From Podarcis cretensis (Eukaryota): DNA of 64,000 nt. Numbering within the stretch: position 1 is the first letter of the stretch; every line of letters begins with the position of its first letter. Positions 23,660 through 36,936 of the stretch are shown in pieces. The stretch lies in NCBI GenBank assembly GCA_951804945.1, contig OX638151.1, positions 31,620,001-31,684,000 on the forward strand, given 5' to 3'. The notes under the pieces were generated by a model. It made no database searches and was not told the DNA's origin. It saw only the letters and a list, made by a program, of their open reading frames with translations. A program made the position numbers and the translations under genes.

Positions 23660-24245
23660 TATAATGGAGAATGTGGCAATGAGAGAACTGAATCAGAAAA
23701 CTTAAAGAAAGGCAAACTTCAATTGTCTAAGACATTGGTTCCCAAATGGGTGTCTGGTCCGCAGAACACACCCAGGGTGTCCATAGCACCATCCCCTGCC
23801 AGGGGACTCACTTATCTTGTTAAGCGTACAGTGAAAGCTTCTGACAGATCATCCAGCCTCTGCTTCTGACCAGTACCTGCTTGCTAGCCAGGGAAAAAAC
23901 TTGTGAAAGAGTTGTTGGATGGCAAGTGAGCTGGGATTGAGAAAAAACCTCTGACGCAGTTTCTTAGGGCTCTTGCATTTGGGGCGAGGAGCAAATGGCT
24001 TGCTCCACAGGGCAGGTTCACATGCCTATATTTTTAAAAAGTAAGGGTTCCCTTCCCCTTGCTCTCTACTTTTTAACTGCAAAGAAGTTCTAATTGCTTT
24101 CAAGGACTAGCAGGTATAGAGTACTCTCCCACTGCTTGTGAATAGGGTTTTCAGTGAATCTTGCCTTTTGAGTTTGGGATTCATGTCTCAGCTTGGAAGT
24201 CCAACAGGGAAAATAGTTAAGCAAATGGCCACCCTCTGATGATTT

Positions 24246-24593
24246 AGGTAAAGGTAAAGGGACCCCTGACCATTAGGTCCAGTCGTGACCGACTCTGGGG
24301 TTGCGGCGCTCATCTCGCTTTATTGGCCAAGGGAGCCAGCGTACAGCTTCCGGGTCATGTGGCCAGCATGACTAAGCCGCTTCTGGTGAACCAGAGCAGC
24401 ACACAGAAACGCCGTTTACCTTCCCACTGGAGCGGTACCTATTTATCTACTTGCACTTTGACGTGCTTTCAAACTGCTAGGTTGGCAGGAGCAGGGACCG
24501 AGCAACGGGAGCTCACCCCATCTCGGGGATTCGAACCGCCGACCTTCTGATCGTCAAGTCCTAGGCTCTGTGGTTTAACCCACAGCGCCACCC
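24246..24593 (-). mobile_element. Sauria SINE
   Basis: Reverse complement of the family; AGGTAAAGGTAAAGG tail at left. Confidence 0.92.
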
Positions 24594-25113
24594 AATTTTG
24601 TTTTCTTGTTTTCTGTGTGAAGCTATGCGGCTACATTTGGGGGTGGGAGGAAACAGATGTACGGCAGAATCCTAATAAATTAAAAAGTTGATAGTTCTTA
24701 TTGGGTAATCAGCAAGAATAAAATCCTCACTCCAAATAAGTACTGTATTTAACTAATTAATCTCTTTAAGCCAGGGATGAAACTTGGGCACAGAAGGACT
24801 GTATTATTATAAATTACTACTACTACTATTACCAACATTATATAATTCCAGCTGTTTTCTATTCGGTCCTCACCAATACTTTATCAAGCCCTGACCAAGC
24901 CTTCACCTATGTCTTGAAGGTGCAAGATCCCTCAGTTAGCTGCAAAGCTTTGCTAAAATGTACCATCTCAGATTACAAGTAAGGAATAGCATGTTTGAAT
25001 ACTCTCTCATATAAAAAGCCTTCTGCATACAGAACACTTGCAAGCTAGGGACACAGTTTCTTTTTTTTATTCAGTTGTAGAGGAGCAATGAAGACAAGTT
25101 TTTTCTACTGTCT

Positions 25114-25250
25114 GGGGATAAGCAGAGCTCAGCAGTAGAGCATCTGTTTTGCACATGCCCTGGCATCCCTATCTGAAATCCTGGAGAACTATTTACTGCC
25201 AGTCACTGTAGAGACAACACTGAGCCAAATGGATCAGTGGTCTGACTCAA
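25114..25250 (+). mobile_element. Old tRNA-headed SINE with CR1-like tail (relatives at 31508-32533 and 40575-40735)
   Basis: agctcagcagtagagcatctg..tttgca head and ctgccagtca.tgta body shared by the three copies. Confidence 0.6.
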
Positions 25251-26379
25251 TGTTTTTTTCCTGACAGATTCAAAATTTCATGCGATCAGCTGAATAACTT
25301 TGCATGGTCGTGTATGGTAGCCTACTTAGCAGATGTGGTCACATACGTGAGCTCTCTCAACACAAGCCTTCAAGGTAGTGATGTGAATATTTTTTATGTT
25401 GAAGATAAGATCGAGGCAGTGATTTTAAAAATGGTGGTTATGGGCAAGCTGAGTAGAAGGTGGCAGCCTCACTAACATCCCAACACTGGAGACATTTCTG
25501 GGGGCCACTGACAAAGAATTGATACCAGAAGTAAAACATTACATCACTGACTACCTGCGTGATTTAGTGACTAGCTTCAGAGATTACTTCCTGGCACCAA
25601 ATCGTGAAAACTCATGGGTAAGGAATCCTTTTGAATGTGGTGATGGTACAACTAACAACTATCTGCGGAAGAGCAAGATGTACCTGTTGACGTGATTTGT
25701 GAGGGTTCATTGAAAGCATTTTTTCAAAGAATGTAGACTGGGCCAATTCTGGGCAAAGGTTTTTTGCTGAAATGCCTAGTTCCCTTTTGTTCCCTTCCCT
25801 AGTTGCTTTGAAATGCCTAGTTCCCTTTTGTTCCACATATCATTGTGAAAACACATTTTCAACATTTTGTTATATGAAGAACAAGCACAGAAAACGACTT
25901 ACTGTTGAACCAGACTGGAGAATAAAAGTAGGATGTGGAAGGGATGTGGAACCGGATGTGGAAGGGACAAAAAGAGGCATGGTTTCTCCCATCACATTTA
26001 GGTTGACTGTGCTTTTAACATTTTGTTGTGAGCTACCCAGAGTGGCTCCCAACCAGATGAGTGGCATATATTTAGGTTTAGTAGCTGTTGGACATGTCAT
26101 AATTTGTTCACTTGTACTATGCATCAATAACATTTAATTTGCCCCCTCCCCCAACTAAATCTTTGCATTTTGCGAAGTAATGTCACAAATTTTATGGTCC
26201 TAAAACCCTTCGCTTATTAGGGGTTACCTCACATTTCCTTAAAAAAAAAAATCTTGCACAGGTAACTACCGTAGAGTTATAAAATTTTTCAAAAGTAGGG
26301 GGTCTGTGGCTTGCCTTTTGAAAAATAGGGGGTCCTTTAGCTAATTGGGAGCCACTGATCTAATATATCTCCTCTGTTA

Positions 26380-27060
26380 AAGTATGATTGTGAACAGGAA
26401 AACATAAAAGAGTATATGATAAGGTGAGCTCAGGACATAGAAAATAACATAAACCTAAAGGTGTGGGAGAAATTGTGGTGAAAAGATCATCCATTTTATC
26501 TGAATACGAAAGGAGGAAATTGTTTAAACGTTATGGTATGATGGCATCTGACACCTATAAATTATTGGAGCAATAAATACATCATAGTCAAAAATGTGCT
26601 GGAGATGCAAAAAGGAGAATGGAAAATATTACCGTATTTGGTGTACGTGTAGTTATGCGAAAAATACTGGAAGGTAATAGCATCATAATAACATAGAATA
26701 ATAAAATATGAAGTTCCATTAGATCCATTATTAATTTGGTGGACCATATATCGCCTATCACTGGGGGGCGGGGACCCACAAAGAATTTGCATTCCTATTT
26801 GTTAACAGCCACAATGATGTTATTTGCTCAAAATTGGAAAGTTACCTCCTTGGAAATAATGGCTTGGTAAAGTTTGGCGCTTGGCTATGAAGGCAAAAAT
26901 AACATTTAAGAGTGAGAATTGCAAGTGAATATAGGAATAAATTTGAGGGAAACTGGTTGCCCTTTCTACAATACTGTCAAGAAGATAATTACGGTACCTG
27001 CTATGAATGCAAAATTAAGTCGGTTTTGAGTTGGTGTTAGAATAAATATTGTAATTTTAT
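26380..27060 (+). mobile_element. Old L1-clade ORF2 3' remnant
   Basis: Degenerate WHLTP, CWRCKKENGKYYRIWCTC (zinc-knuckle region) and SYLLTATMMLFAQNWK blocks. Confidence 0.7.
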
Positions 27061-30000
27061 GTTTTCACTGGATAGATCATGACCTACAACCTAGCCACAC
27101 TGTGACAATTTATCTCACTTTATTTTAAATTCAGAGGAGAAAATAAATAGAAAAAAACTGAAACTGGGAGGAGAGAAATGCATTAACTTTTTCTTTCTTT
27201 CTTCTTCTTCTTTTTTTACCATAAAATGACTCATGGGTCTGAAGACAGCTGCTTTAAACAATGAGAATCTTATGTGTTTGGGCAGTTTTGGACAGGACTT
27301 ATGATTGTTATTCACATCTGCTTACTCTCAAATATAGTCTGCATTTCAACAGTCACTGTAAATATCACTTGCTATTTTATTGCAGAGTGGATACAAAAAG
27401 TATTCTTTTATGGTTGGTTTATAGTGCCACGCAAGTGCTTTCTGAGCCTATTTAATAACCTATCTCTGTGATGATGAGTTTTACCCCCTTCAGATCTTTG
27501 ATCTTACGTAGCTCTATCCTTTTGCTTAGAAATCGACCTGATCCTGGGATCTTCAGCAACATTGTCCAGGCACTTTACTGCACCCCGTGAGTGTCGTTTG
27601 ACATCTTCTTTTACATTAGCATACAGGAACAAGCATTGAAGTTCTTATTTCACGCCTCACCTTGACTGAGAGTTGTAGAGAACCAACTGTAGGGTCGTCC
27701 CTACCATTAGGCCGAGTGAAGCAGCTGGCTCAGGTGGAAAATGGGAAGGGCAATGGTGGCAATCCACTCGCCACTCCTGAGACTTCCAGCTCTTCCCCAA
27801 TGTTGGAAGACGGTGTCCCATGTAGTCTTGTCCTGCACCTCTCAAATAGCCTGCTGGACTGGAGGATGGGGTCCCAAAGTAAGATTCCACAGCCAGCCTA
27901 ATCTTGACATTATTGACAATAGGCAGGTGCCCTCAATATATTATTTTAGACACCTGCTGCAAAATTATCAAGCCTATTCAGACACATGATTTAGTTACTT
28001 GTGTTAGTTTTAAGTTTTATTGTTTATATCTTTAGTTTTTAATGATGATGGTTGTGGGTATAGTTGCATTGAATTGATTTATGGCTTTAAGCCATGTTTT
28101 ATCTATATTTTTAGCTTGGAGAGCTATTGTCATTTTCTTAATAAGTGGTTTTCTAAGTAAATAAAATATTGTACAATAGGAAGCATGGAGGGGAAGGCGG
28201 GAAGTCCTGAGATTTGGAGAAATCTCAAAATATGGATATGCAATTTGGATTGTTAAAAACTAATATTTGTAAAAACCAAAACCATTATACAATGCTAAGT
28301 AAATGAAATAAAATAAATAGCCTGATTTTTGTATGTGGAAGGGTATCCTTTGTCTCAGGGAGCAAAATGTCCTGGGCTGGCCTTGAGCAGCTGTAGGCAA
28401 AATCTAATTTCTTTCCCTTTGCATGCTCTCAAGATGACTTCTTTTGTACATTGGGAATGATAATCCACTGTCATTTCTCCTTTCTGGAAAGCAAAGGCAA
28501 TTAAATAATGATCATAATTAATCATATGCTCAGTGAAAGTAGGCCAAAGAACCGCAGAAATGGCTTACAAGGGTCCCACATCTGCTGGTGAGCAGATGTC
28601 CCTACCTAGTCTCTTTTCCTGATGCCTTGCTAAGGAGCCCAAGATTCCTTTCAATTCCTCTTCTGTGTAGCCCATTCATGCCATTACAATCACCTGCTTT
28701 TCATTAAATCAAATAATGATGGTAAAGCGAATGAGTGGCTTTTCTCCTTACCTCCCCCCCGCCCCCCGCTTTCTCTTTTTCCTCCCTCCTTTTTTCCTTT
28801 CTTTCTTTCTCCTCTGGGTGAAGGGAAGCCATCTGCACATAATAAACAGTTTCCTTACCCTTTCTTGGGAGGGAACTAATTATTTATATTTTAAGAGACT
28901 TGACTCTAGGAATAGCTATGTAGGCACAGATCACAAATCCTCTATAAAAACTGGAAAATTCAAAAAGCCAAGCCTTGGCATCTATAAAAGTTATCAGGAA
29001 AGATTTGGGGTAAATTCAATTGTTTTGAACGAGCGTATCTTGCCAAAGGGGGGGAAACGTCTTAATGAAGACAATCTCTCAAGTGTTACTTGGCTGATCT
29101 CATTGTTTGCAGAGAAAAATCGAGGCATGAGGTTTGAAGTAGGATATTTTAATGGCAAGATATATAAGCCCTGAAGCCAGAATTTGAGACAGCGCAGTGG
29201 GCAACCTGGACAGCTTGGATCTACAGCCTTCAATTATTAGACCAATAAAAAGCAAAAGAGCTGTGCCCCAGAGCCCAAGTGCTTGTCAAAATATACTGGT
29301 GAAGTTTAGTTTAACACTATTTTTTTTAATTCCTCCAATTCCAGTTTTCTTAAAAAGCATCTCAGGGTATGAGCTCTGAGCCTTAGGCCAGCCATCTTAC
29401 TTCGGCCCTCACCCCTTTGCAATATGGGAATAACAGCTGCCTGCCTTTAAGATGTAAGTTGATTGTGTTTAGGTCCCACTGAAATGAATGGGGAAAGGTA
29501 GTCACAGCTAAGAGAAGACTCACTGGTTGCATTTGAAACTAAGTTCAACTAACCAATGCTCTTGTGAGGATTCCTGAGGTGATGGTTGAAATCCAAAAGC
29601 CATGGTGAAAACTGGTCAAGTATGTGTGCTTTGTGTCTTTGGCTTCACTGTTTTTGAAACATCAGTATGTTCTAAATTGCTACATAACTGCCGAATTGTT
29701 TTATGGTGTTTTCTAAAGTAAAACATATTTACTTGAAGTTTGGGGCTTAAACAGGGACATTCATGATGTGCAATTTTTATCCAGAGGTAAAGAACAGTGG
29801 CAGGCTTTTACACATTAGGATGGTTTAAAAGAAAGAATAAACTACTTAAAATGTAAACACAAGCAAAATATCATTAACTAAAAGGCTGGGGGGGTTTGGT
29901 GCTGAAAATGTAGTTTGGATATGCAGTTTGGATGCCACCACAGAAAAGGCCCTCTTTCTGGAAGCCACCTGTTTGACCTCAGAAGGCAAAGGCACCTGCA

Positions 30001-30317
30001 GGAGCTCTTACCATGAAGATCTTAATATACAGGTAGATGGAGACTCTTTGAGTACATTTAAGGTATGATTAAAATGCTAAGCTCTGTTTAGTCTGAGTGA
30101 AGGCAATGAATACAGGCTGTGGGGAAAACAGAGAATTCATATTCTGAATCAACTGAAAATTTAAAGAAACAGTCATGTTGACGAAAGTCATTCTCACAAG
30201 TGATGCTTATTTTCTGCATCTGTAATTTTGAAGGCAAAACAGGCATTGCCTAGAAAGTAAACTTGCTTATTTTTTTAATGTATTTATTTCACAACATTTA
30301 TATACCACTTGATTATA

Positions 30318-30563
30318 CAGTGAGTGGTACCTCGGGTTAAGTACTTAATTCATTCTAGAGGTCCGTTCTTAACCTGAAACTGTTCTTAACCTGAAGCACC
30401 ACTTTAGCTAATGGGGCCTCCTGCTGCTGCTGCGCCGCCGGAGCACAATTTCTGTTCTCATCCTGAAGCAAAGTCCTTAACTCGAAGTACTATTTCTGGG
30501 CTAGCGGAGTCTGTAACCTGAAGCGTATGTAACCTGAAGCGTATGTAACCCGAGGTAATGCTG
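30318..30563 (+). mobile_element. Mariner MITE family A
   Basis: Near-identical to 8409-8659, TA flanks. Confidence 0.88.
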
Positions 30564-31581
30564 TAATAAAATCTCAAAATGGTTTACAAAAATGATGGAG
30601 TAGTTTACAAAAAGAATAAAATTGGGCCCACTTTCAGCAACCATCCATTATCAACATTCCCAAGTGTTTCATTCCAAATGAAAATGTGTTTTTAAGTATT
30701 AATTCTAAATCATCTTTGGCAGAAACAGCCAACTTTGGTTCATTAGTCTAAAATCCAAGAATATTCTTTGAAAGTAGTGATGTCAAAAAACAAAACCTCA
30801 ATCCAAAAGAGCGCTTGTCGAAGTTCAGGACACAGGATGTCCTGAACTGTTGATCACTATAGGTAACTCCAAGGTGAAAGGGTTACTTGTAGGCTAGTTT
30901 AAGGAAGCCTGTGTTGTTTTTCCTGCCTGTAACAGGATGAGTGTTGTGACCTGTATTTGAACTGAGCCTGATCCCTTTAAGAATTGTGTTAGGACATGCC
31001 AGTGAAAAACTGTTGCCTGGGAAATTGTGGATGCTCTGAAGATCTTGCGAGAACATATACCACTTACTTTCCAGTGTATGCTTTGTATAAGTGTCCTAGA
31101 ATGTGATTGGTGTGCACAGAATTTGTACCTAATACAGGAGATACCCTTTTAATGTGGCACTAAAATTTACTAATCAGATCTTGCCAATTTGCTTGAAGTT
31201 TTGTCATAGTACTGCTTCTGTTCAGGGCCCAGAACATTTAAAACTGTTCACCCATGCTTTGCTCTGACCGCGTGGAAGGAGGCTCTCAACATGAATGTCA
31301 GCTGTCCCAGTGAACACATTGGCACTGAAGACTTTCCGCTGGATTGTTAACTTACTTAGAACTCTATCCCCACTATATAGCTCCTAGATGCTCTCCGAGC
31401 AGCTTACAAAAAGTTATTGCAGTACAATTGCAATGAAATGTAATACTGGACAGAGGAATAACACTGTCCATATGGTTCTGGGATTCCTATTCTCATCCTT
31501 GCTCTTTGGGGAAGAATCATAGCTCAGCGGCAGACCATCAGCTTTGCATGCAGAAGGGCCCAGGTTCTATCCCTGGCCAGA

Positions 31582-32413
31582 TGTCACGAACTGGTTGGGC
31601 ACAGAGGAACCGTGTGAGAAGCCCCCAAGGGAAGAAGGATCAGAGTCCAGGGGTTGGTGGTGGGACAACAGTGAGTGGTTTGAAGGAGTAGACTGGGAGG
31701 CGGAGGTGTCAAAAGCTGAAATATGCTCGGAGTCGACATTATTTACACAATGGGCCCCATATGATTGGCTAATTCCGGGATTCACCTGTAGGCCAATCAG
31801 GTTGTGGATTCACTTCTACCTGGAGCTGGATTGGGTGGCTCCTGTGGACCAATCAGACTGCTGGATTCTGGACCCTATTGTTCTAGGACCAATTCTGCAT
31901 TCTGAATCCTATTGTTCTAAGACCAATCAGACTACTGCCTTTTGGATCCTATTCAACTCAGGACATAACAAAAGCAGAAGAGGTAACAGGGCTGAATGAG
32001 CAGGAAGAATCTGTGGCAGAGAGCAGTCCAGAATCAAAGGCAGAAGCTAAAGCAGGACAGGAGAGGCAAAGATGAATCTGGCTGGTGAAGAGGCACAGGT
32101 GTCTCCCCCTCCTGCTGCGACAAGTTCCCCTCTCTCCTCGTCTCCCAGAACTGGGAGAGGCATGAAGAGGGCAGAGGAGCAGTTAGCGTCATGCAGGCAC
32201 AGTCTCAGATTGCTTGGCAAAAACCCTGGAAAGGAGGGAACTTAGGCAGCTGTGGGAAAGCAGGGACCTTCAGCCTCTGCAATTGCTTCAGACCTGCCAG
32301 AGATGAGTTGCTGTGCTCATTAGACCGGCCACTCCTGTACTGTTTGTGTTTTTGCTAATAAAGAGTTAATTCCAAATTGCTCAGTATAATTTACTGCTGG
32401 CTTGATCCTGTCA
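31582..32413 (+). mobile_element. Solo LTR (family X)
   Basis: TGTCACG...CCTGTCA ends, AATAAA near 32357, 5-bp TSD CCAGA/CCAGG. Confidence 0.7.
31717..31970 (-). mobile_element. Solo LTR (family Y), nested and internally deleted
   Basis: Reverse complement of 46510-46804; TG..CA ends, perfect 5-bp TSD AAAGC (31712-31716/31971-31975). Confidence 0.88.
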
Positions 32414-35015
32414 CCAGGTGGGACTGGGAAAGAGAGTCCAAACCCCTGGAAGCTCCTGCCAGTCAGTGTACACAGAGCAGAATGAGATGGACCCAATTGC
32501 CTGTCTCACTATAAGGCAGCTTCCTATGTCCCTTCCCTTTGCCTAGTAGGCAGCACAGTCACTGAAAACCTCTGAGGCAAGGGAAGAGGGCCTAGCAACA
32601 AGATCTTGCTCAGCTAATGTCAGAAGAAAGTGTTGCCAGGCTGCCTCACCCACCGTGATCCTCTGAGCAAGGGAACTGGGTGGAGTAGCTGGAACCTGCT
32701 CTGCCTACGATGGAAGCAAGTCTTCTGTAATGGAGTGATCCACATGTCAAGGAGCAGCTTTCCAGCATGATGGCCTTTGCAGAGCTTCTGTCATGTGGCA
32801 GCATTTTCATGTGACAGCCATAGTGTTTGAATTGACCATCCGTTCTCCCCATGTCCTGTCTGCTGCCCCTAGCAACAGAAGCCAGCATGGTCAAGAGGTG
32901 CTATCAAACTTCAAAAGAATCTCCCCGGTTTGTTTTAATCTTCAGCTTCCTTCCTGTATTTTTACCAACACTTTGTTGAAACGGTGGGCATGCCTTTGTT
33001 CTGATTTAGGCTTTTGATTAACAGGATATGCTTGTTGCTAAGGGATCTTTCTGCCTTGAGACAAGACGAATAATTATTTTTATTTTTGGTCCAATTGGCA
33101 TGCATCAATTCAAGATATTTCAGTTTTCAATTTCCAAATCTTACCCTTAGACAGTGGGCTGCCACAAAGTGATCCATCTACAAACTGAACCCTGTGATCG
33201 TAGACGAGGACAGTTTGATGATCTACTTAAAGCCTTCAGACCTGGATTCTCTACATGTCTTCTTTCGAAAGAAATGCAACATTCCTTGCAAAGGGGACAA
33301 GTGATTCACACATCATGGCCTGACATTTTGCAGTCAGGGTCATCTTTTTCTTTCTTTCCCCGACAGGCATCAAGGATTTCATAATTTGTGTGAAATCCTC
33401 CCCAGGCCTGTGTAATATCAGTTCCCTGTGAAAAAATATTTGTTCCTGAAACACTTGCATGAGGGTCCATTTTAGGACTTGGCAACTGAGGAGGGGAGGA
33501 GCGAATGGACCATGAAATGCACAATCTATTGCCATGAAAAAGAATACAGCCTAATTGCACAGAAATGAAGCTTCTCCTCCTTTCCCTTGGGGGGAAAAGT
33601 TAAGGCTCCAGCCTAATGGATATTGCAGCAATTTATTTTCCTGACATTTGGTCTGAATTCTTCCTTTCCTTGCTGTCCTTTGGCTTCTCTGCTCGCTCCA
33701 CCAAGTGTTATTCGCACTCTGAATCCCCTTAAGAGTGTGTTTATCATCGCCGCACCTCATTACACAGAACGGAGCTTTTGGCGCTCTCCTTCCCCTTAGC
33801 TGGCAGCAGCTGCTCTTGTCCATCATGGCACCTTCCTGGTTCACATTCCAAAACGCTCACGCCACTGCGTTGCCCCCGAAGTGCTTGCCAAAGGGGAGGG
33901 AGGCTGACAGGGCCTGCACTTTGGACGGCATCCCAGCTGAATGCAGCTCTTTGTTTCTTTCGTTAACAACAACAGGGATTTCAAATACATCTCGATGGGA
34001 ATTGGTTGACTTGGTCAATACCTCTGCCGGAGCCTGCGCCATCATCACAGAGGCTATTCTGATTACACAAACATGTAATTTCTTCCCTTGTTGCATGTAA
34101 CGAACGATACACCCTTTCTTCGTTCAACATGAAGCAGAGGAACCAGTGTGAATTCCAGATGGATGCTACAGCTCTCGTACTTGCTCTGGTTTCACACTGT
34201 TATGATTTAGGATTAAGAGAACAGAGATCAATATCAGATGTTTCTCATGACCTCCCTCCCTCCCTCCCTCCCTGCCTGCCTCTTTGCACTTTTTGCTTTC
34301 TGTGCATCTTCTCTTCCTTGGAAATTCAGAAACCAAAAAACTGGAGGTCCTTTGTGGTTTAGGGGAGAAGGGGCTGGGCTTTTCTTTAAGGGTTTGGGGC
34401 TTTTTTGTAACGGGTATTTGTAGGGTAGAAAGAAAAGGTTTGAGGCTCAGAAGCTACACTTATAACCAGCTTTGTGTTCTCTCTAGTGCAGGGTTTCCCA
34501 AAGTAGTTGAAACTGACCCCACCACAAGTCAGTGGGACTGCCCAGAGGGTGACTAAGGATTGAAACAGAGTCCAAGGTGACAGAAAAGGAGCTCATGAGG
34601 CACAGTGTGAAAAAATTACTTAGGAGCTATGGGCCTCAGAAATAAAGGGTATATAAAAAGTAGACCTCCAGTGAGGAACCTCCCTATTTAATAAGATGAT
34701 ATCACAATGCAACAGTATTCTCAGACCGTGCTGCTTTCCTGTTGTTGTTTTTTTAAAAAAATACTGTATTCAGGTGCACTACTTTTGTTTACAGTGGCAA
34801 AAAATAATTCCAACACTCCTTTTAAATATAGCTATGTCTTGATTTCATTTACATTTCTAAGAACTTGGGTTGGAGTCAGTAACAACTTTATAAGCTCATA
34901 GAGGGGTTAATGAACTCAGAAATTTGGGGCACCCTGCTCTGGCGAGAGATTAGTTCTTGATGAAGGGCTGTGTCAGATGAAGGCTTGCCTCCTCCTTTGC
35001 CCTGAGTGGAAGGTA

Positions 35016-35387
35016 CCGTATTTTTCGCTCTATAACACGCACCAGACCATAACACGCACATAGTTTTTAGAGGAGGAAAACAAGAAAAAAAAATATTCTA
35101 AACGAAATAGTGGATATATGATTTTTGTGGTTCATGCTGTGGCCACAGACATGTGATCTGACAGTGAGTTTGGAATAGCCCAATGCAAAAATCCTGAGGA
35201 TCCATGTGGATCCATGCTTTGTAACCATGGAGGAGGGAAGGAAGGGGAAACAATGGATCCTCTGCTCACAACTGCAGCAGATGCCCCCCCCCCCGCCACC
35301 CGCAGGCATTCGCTCCACAACACGCACAGACATTTCCCCCTACTTTCTAGGAGGAAAAATGTGAGTGTTATGGTGCAAAAAATACGG
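35016..35387 (+). mobile_element. Tc2/pogo-like MITE family B (long form)
   Basis: TA-CCGTATTTTTCGCTCTATAACAC...GTGTTATGGTGCAAAAAATACGG-TA. Confidence 0.88.
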
Positions 35388-36936
35388 TATTTACTCTTTG
35401 AGTAGCATGAATGGGCTGAACCCCTGTAAGCAGCATATTTGGTTTCATTTGCCAGTGGTGTGAAGGATGGAAGAGCAAAGGGGAACCCAAGAATAAAATC
35501 CAGACTTCCTCACATGTCCAAACCATTAATGGGTAATTCCTGTGAGCTGACGTCCACTTCTCAAGGGCTGATGCATCTTTCTCGATAATAACTTCATAAC
35601 AAATGTGTTTCGGTGCATCCTCCACCTGTTCTGTTACCAGTGTGATCAAATTAATTGCCCGCCTAAGCTAAACGCTCTGAATCTCCTGCTGTGTTTCCCC
35701 CCCTTAAAAACTGGAGATTTATCCAATCAGATATGAGAGTTAGCAAAGCTGCTATCAATGTCTCTTTCCAAGGGAGGTGTAAATCCTCTTTCTGTATGTA
35801 GTGTAATCATATTATATTCTCCGATGGCAGGGTATGGATTCCTTCTGGCCCTCAGCTGGGGATCAGCTTAAATCTTTTGAGTTCCAACAATGCGGAGCTA
35901 TCCTAATACTTATCCCATCTAGTGTAATGCCAGATGCTGCTGCTCTTTATAGAGGCTGTCTAATCCGGCTTTGTATTCTTCGAGCTGCCTCTCTAAAGGC
36001 TAAATACGGGAGGAGAACAAACCAGAGATGCAGTTGTGGTGCTGGGTGAGCACAGTGTTTTGTCAATTTGTGTGCTAGCAGTTGCGGGTTTTCCCTTCTT
36101 CAGGGTTTTGCTTCCTTTCGCCTGCAGCCTCTCTGAAGATCTGGCATCAGCCTCTCATATTTTTGTGTGTTCCTAATAATAATAGTGTTGCGGAGAAGTT
36201 GGGGCCTCCCCACTGCAAAATATTGACACGACCTCAGGAAATTACATGCGCTGCTGCCAAAGCAAAGTTGTGCTCAATCAAAACACAGATCAAACAACTC
36301 CAGTTCAAGTGAGGTAGGAAGTCGAAGTCTTCCCCCAAACCATTGTGGTTTAGGAATTCCTTCTGCGTGCTTGCCAAAACCCAAATTTGTCTGAAAAAGC
36401 TATTCAACGAGTGCAGCAAATTCCGTACAGGATCTTTAGAGCGCCATTGTGATGTTCTTAGAGTGCGACTGAAAAGAGTGCTACTGTTTTTTGGTGTCCC
36501 TCTGCTATCTTCTCATTCTCTCCTGCCAATATGAACATCAATGCTCTGGGCTGTATGAGGACATTGAAACAGCTTAGCTAGTTATAACAGGGATGGGGAA
36601 CGTCCCGATGCACATTGCAAATGTGGGCTTCCACACCCCTCTACCTGGCCATGCCCCTCACCAGCCTCCTTTGATGGTGCTTGCCTGGCTGAAATGCATT
36701 CTTGAACTGTGATCATGCCTCTTGGCTGCCAGAAGGGAGTAGTGGATGTATGTTCTATAAATAAATTGATGGGTGTGCGTTTGTGGGTGTGCATGCTCTA
36801 CCTGTTGCCTCTGCTGCATGTTGCTGTGGGGAAGGATTTTTTTTTTTAAATAACAATTTTATTTTATTCTGAAAGTATAAAATTATAACAATACAACCAA
36901 AAGCATCCACATTTAAAGATTCCTCTGAATCTCTGG

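Larger units (their letters stand above)
23733..26357 (+). mobile_element. Decayed hAT (Buster/Charlie-type) DNA transposon with transposase remnants
   Basis: Ends CATTGGTTCCCAAA/TTGGGAGCCACTG, 6/8 TSD GTCTAAGA/ATCTAATA; peptides VAYLADVVTYVSSLNTSLQG..EDKIEA (~25315), SWVRNPF (~25612), ALKCLVPFCSTYHCENTFS..KNKHRKRLTVEPD (~25805). Transposase call is firmer than the outer ends. Confidence 0.75.
31508..32533 (+). mobile_element. tRNA-headed SINE split by LTR insertions
   Basis: Head tagctcagcggcaga..caggttctatccctgg at 31508-31581, tail ataaggcagcttcctatgt resumes after 32414. Confidence 0.7.

Noticed and set aside
28716-29174. 152-aa ORF
   Set aside because: Low-complexity pyrimidine start, no recognisable domain and no convincing exon structure.
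31544-31999. 151-aa ORF similar to ORF 46549-46782
   Set aside because: Similarity comes from two copies of the same solo LTR; the ORF crosses three TE junctions.
32646-32894. Minus-strand exon-like ORF
   Set aside because: Weak acceptor tract, no recognisable homology and no linked exon nearby; compatible with chance.
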